Source: Tubulanus polymorphus (taxonomy: Eukaryota; Animalia; Nemertea). Taken from it: a DNA stretch of 64,000 nucleotides. Below, piece by piece: positions 62,584 to 64,000 of the stretch. Every line of letters starts with the position of its first letter. The stretch's first letter is position 1. A program made the position numbers and the translations under genes. The stretch covers positions 5,456,001 through 5,520,000 of the forward strand of contig NC_134031.1 in NCBI RefSeq assembly GCF_964204645.1. The letters run 5' to 3'. The notes below the pieces were generated by a model. It did no database searches. It worked only from the letters and a program-made list of their open reading frames with translations, and was not told where the DNA came from.

Positions 62584-63019
62584 CAGGGGCCAGTTGCACA
62601 GTCGTGACTTAAGTCAAAAAGTGGTCTTAAATCTTAAGACTGATCTGAAGTTGTTAGATTGGCTATAGAACTAAGTTGGTCTTAGACTGGTTTTAACCCT
62701 TTCAGTGCGTCTACACCGCAGTGCGGTGTATAAATCAGTGATGGATTTTGCTAGTACACCGCACTGCGGTGTATTGATGTAATTAGTAATTTGTAATTAT
62801 CTCTATTGAAAAATGGCAGCAAGTGTCACACATAGTGAAATACTAGTAACTAATGATACACCGCACTGCGGTGTAGATCACTATAGTGGTATTCCCATTG
62901 TTCAACACACTAGGGTGGAATTTTTTAGAATTTTCAAATTTTCTCCAGCACTATAGGGTATTAATTAGTCAGCACTGAAAGGGTTAAGTCTAAGCCATGA
63001 CTATGCAACCGGTCCCCTG
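62584..63019. mobile_element. MITE family C (Harbinger-like, CWG flanks), host of a family A copy
   Basis: CAG-GGGCCAGTTGCA...TGCAACCGGTCCC-CTG; relatives at 49438-49565, 61468-61595, 63405-63528. Confidence 0.8.
62693..62987 (-). mobile_element. MITE family A (near-consensus), nested in family C
   Basis: Perfect TTAACCCTTTCAGTGC inverted ends; four ACACCGCA.TGCGGTGT-type palindromes. Confidence 0.93.
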
Positions 63020-63142
63020 CCGAACTGGTTAGTGAGAGCTGATGATGTGTTCCGATAACATCGGAATGTAGGACCTATAATATTTTATTTGGATTGCATC
63101 AACAAAATATTCTAATCAGAATACAAGTGGCTATTCTACGTA

Positions 63143-63677
63143 CAGGGGCGGTTCCAGGGGTAAGTTCCGACGGTCTTACCAAATATTCTAGGGCAAATTA
63201 CGTCAGACTCTGCTCGAGTCGGATCTGATTTCAGATGTTTGTTGAAATATTTTTTGGGACACTGTTTACAAAATACATAAAAAATCCCAACTCAAATACC
63301 ACTCAAGTCGCATACATCTTTACGATCCCAAAAGGTTGGACTTTGGCAGAGTCTACTTTTAAGCCAGGCATTATGGCAGAACCCATTTGATACCTTTACC
63401 GTGTCCAGTTACTCAGTCATGACTTAGGTCCAATAGAGTTCTTAATTTCGAGATAATGACTAACTTTAAGTTGTTAGATTGGCTTAGACTGCTCTCAAAA
63501 CTAAGCCATGACTGTACAACTGGCCTCGGGATTTTTGACAAAATTTGTCCTTTTTTAGATTTCTGTCTAAATTCCTAGGCCTATGAAGGTTTTTGGAAAA
63601 AGTGCCTTTAAGAAATTACGATTCTCAAAATTATTGGGTCTTCTGGAATCTCATAAGACTCCTGGATCCGTCCCCTG
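63143..63677. mobile_element. CAGGGGCGGATCC-type non-autonomous DNA transposon containing a family C copy
   Basis: CAGGGGCGGTTCCAGG / CCTGGATCCGTCCCCTG TIRs; degenerate relatives near 4141-4412 and 46300-46485. Confidence 0.7.
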
Positions 63678-64000
63678 TACAACACTAGACAACATTCAAG
63701 AAGATGTGAGGCTACTTACGTTAACCTCTTTTAATGGAATTCCTTTCATTTACGTGAGCTTTAAAAATATAAATTAAGTCAAAATACGATTTACTTATTC
63801 ATATCCTCATATCGAGAAATAGGTTTTTTTGAGGACCCTTATTGCCTTGGGTGCTCTGCGTCTAGGCCTTTATCATTACGATCTGCACCAAGACCCGTAG
63901 ACATACTGCGAGTCTGTTACAACGACCATCCATAACCACAGCCAAGACTACGTAGAGCTTTGAAACAAATTTAACGTTAGGCCTATTGTATTTGGTATTT

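Overview
Eukaryotic (bilaterian invertebrate, probably lophotrochozoan; species not determinable) genomic DNA. Most of the window is one minus-strand gene for an M13/neprilysin-family zinc metallopeptidase of the endothelin-converting enzyme (ECE / Drosophila Nep3) type. I read 19 coding exons (28987 down to 2188), all with GT-AG boundaries and consistent phases: 2316 nt, 771 aa plus stop. The protein is type II membrane with NAYY, HELTH, ENIAD and C-terminal CSVW motifs. The first of these exons starts cag|ATG, so further 5' exons should exist; several short phase-0 candidate first exons lie at 35-57 kb. The rest is intron/UTR dense in non-autonomous elements: 15 copies of a TTAA piggyBac-type MITE, about 15 copies of a Harbinger-like MITE, CWG-flanked MITEs, Helentron/DINE-1-like elements, tRNA-SINEs, an L2 relic, Penelope-like inverted repeats with degenerate minimal hammerhead motifs, and several minisatellites. 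Almost all ORFs in the supplied track are spurious or exon fragments. Repeat coordinates are approximate and family names are by-eye assignments.
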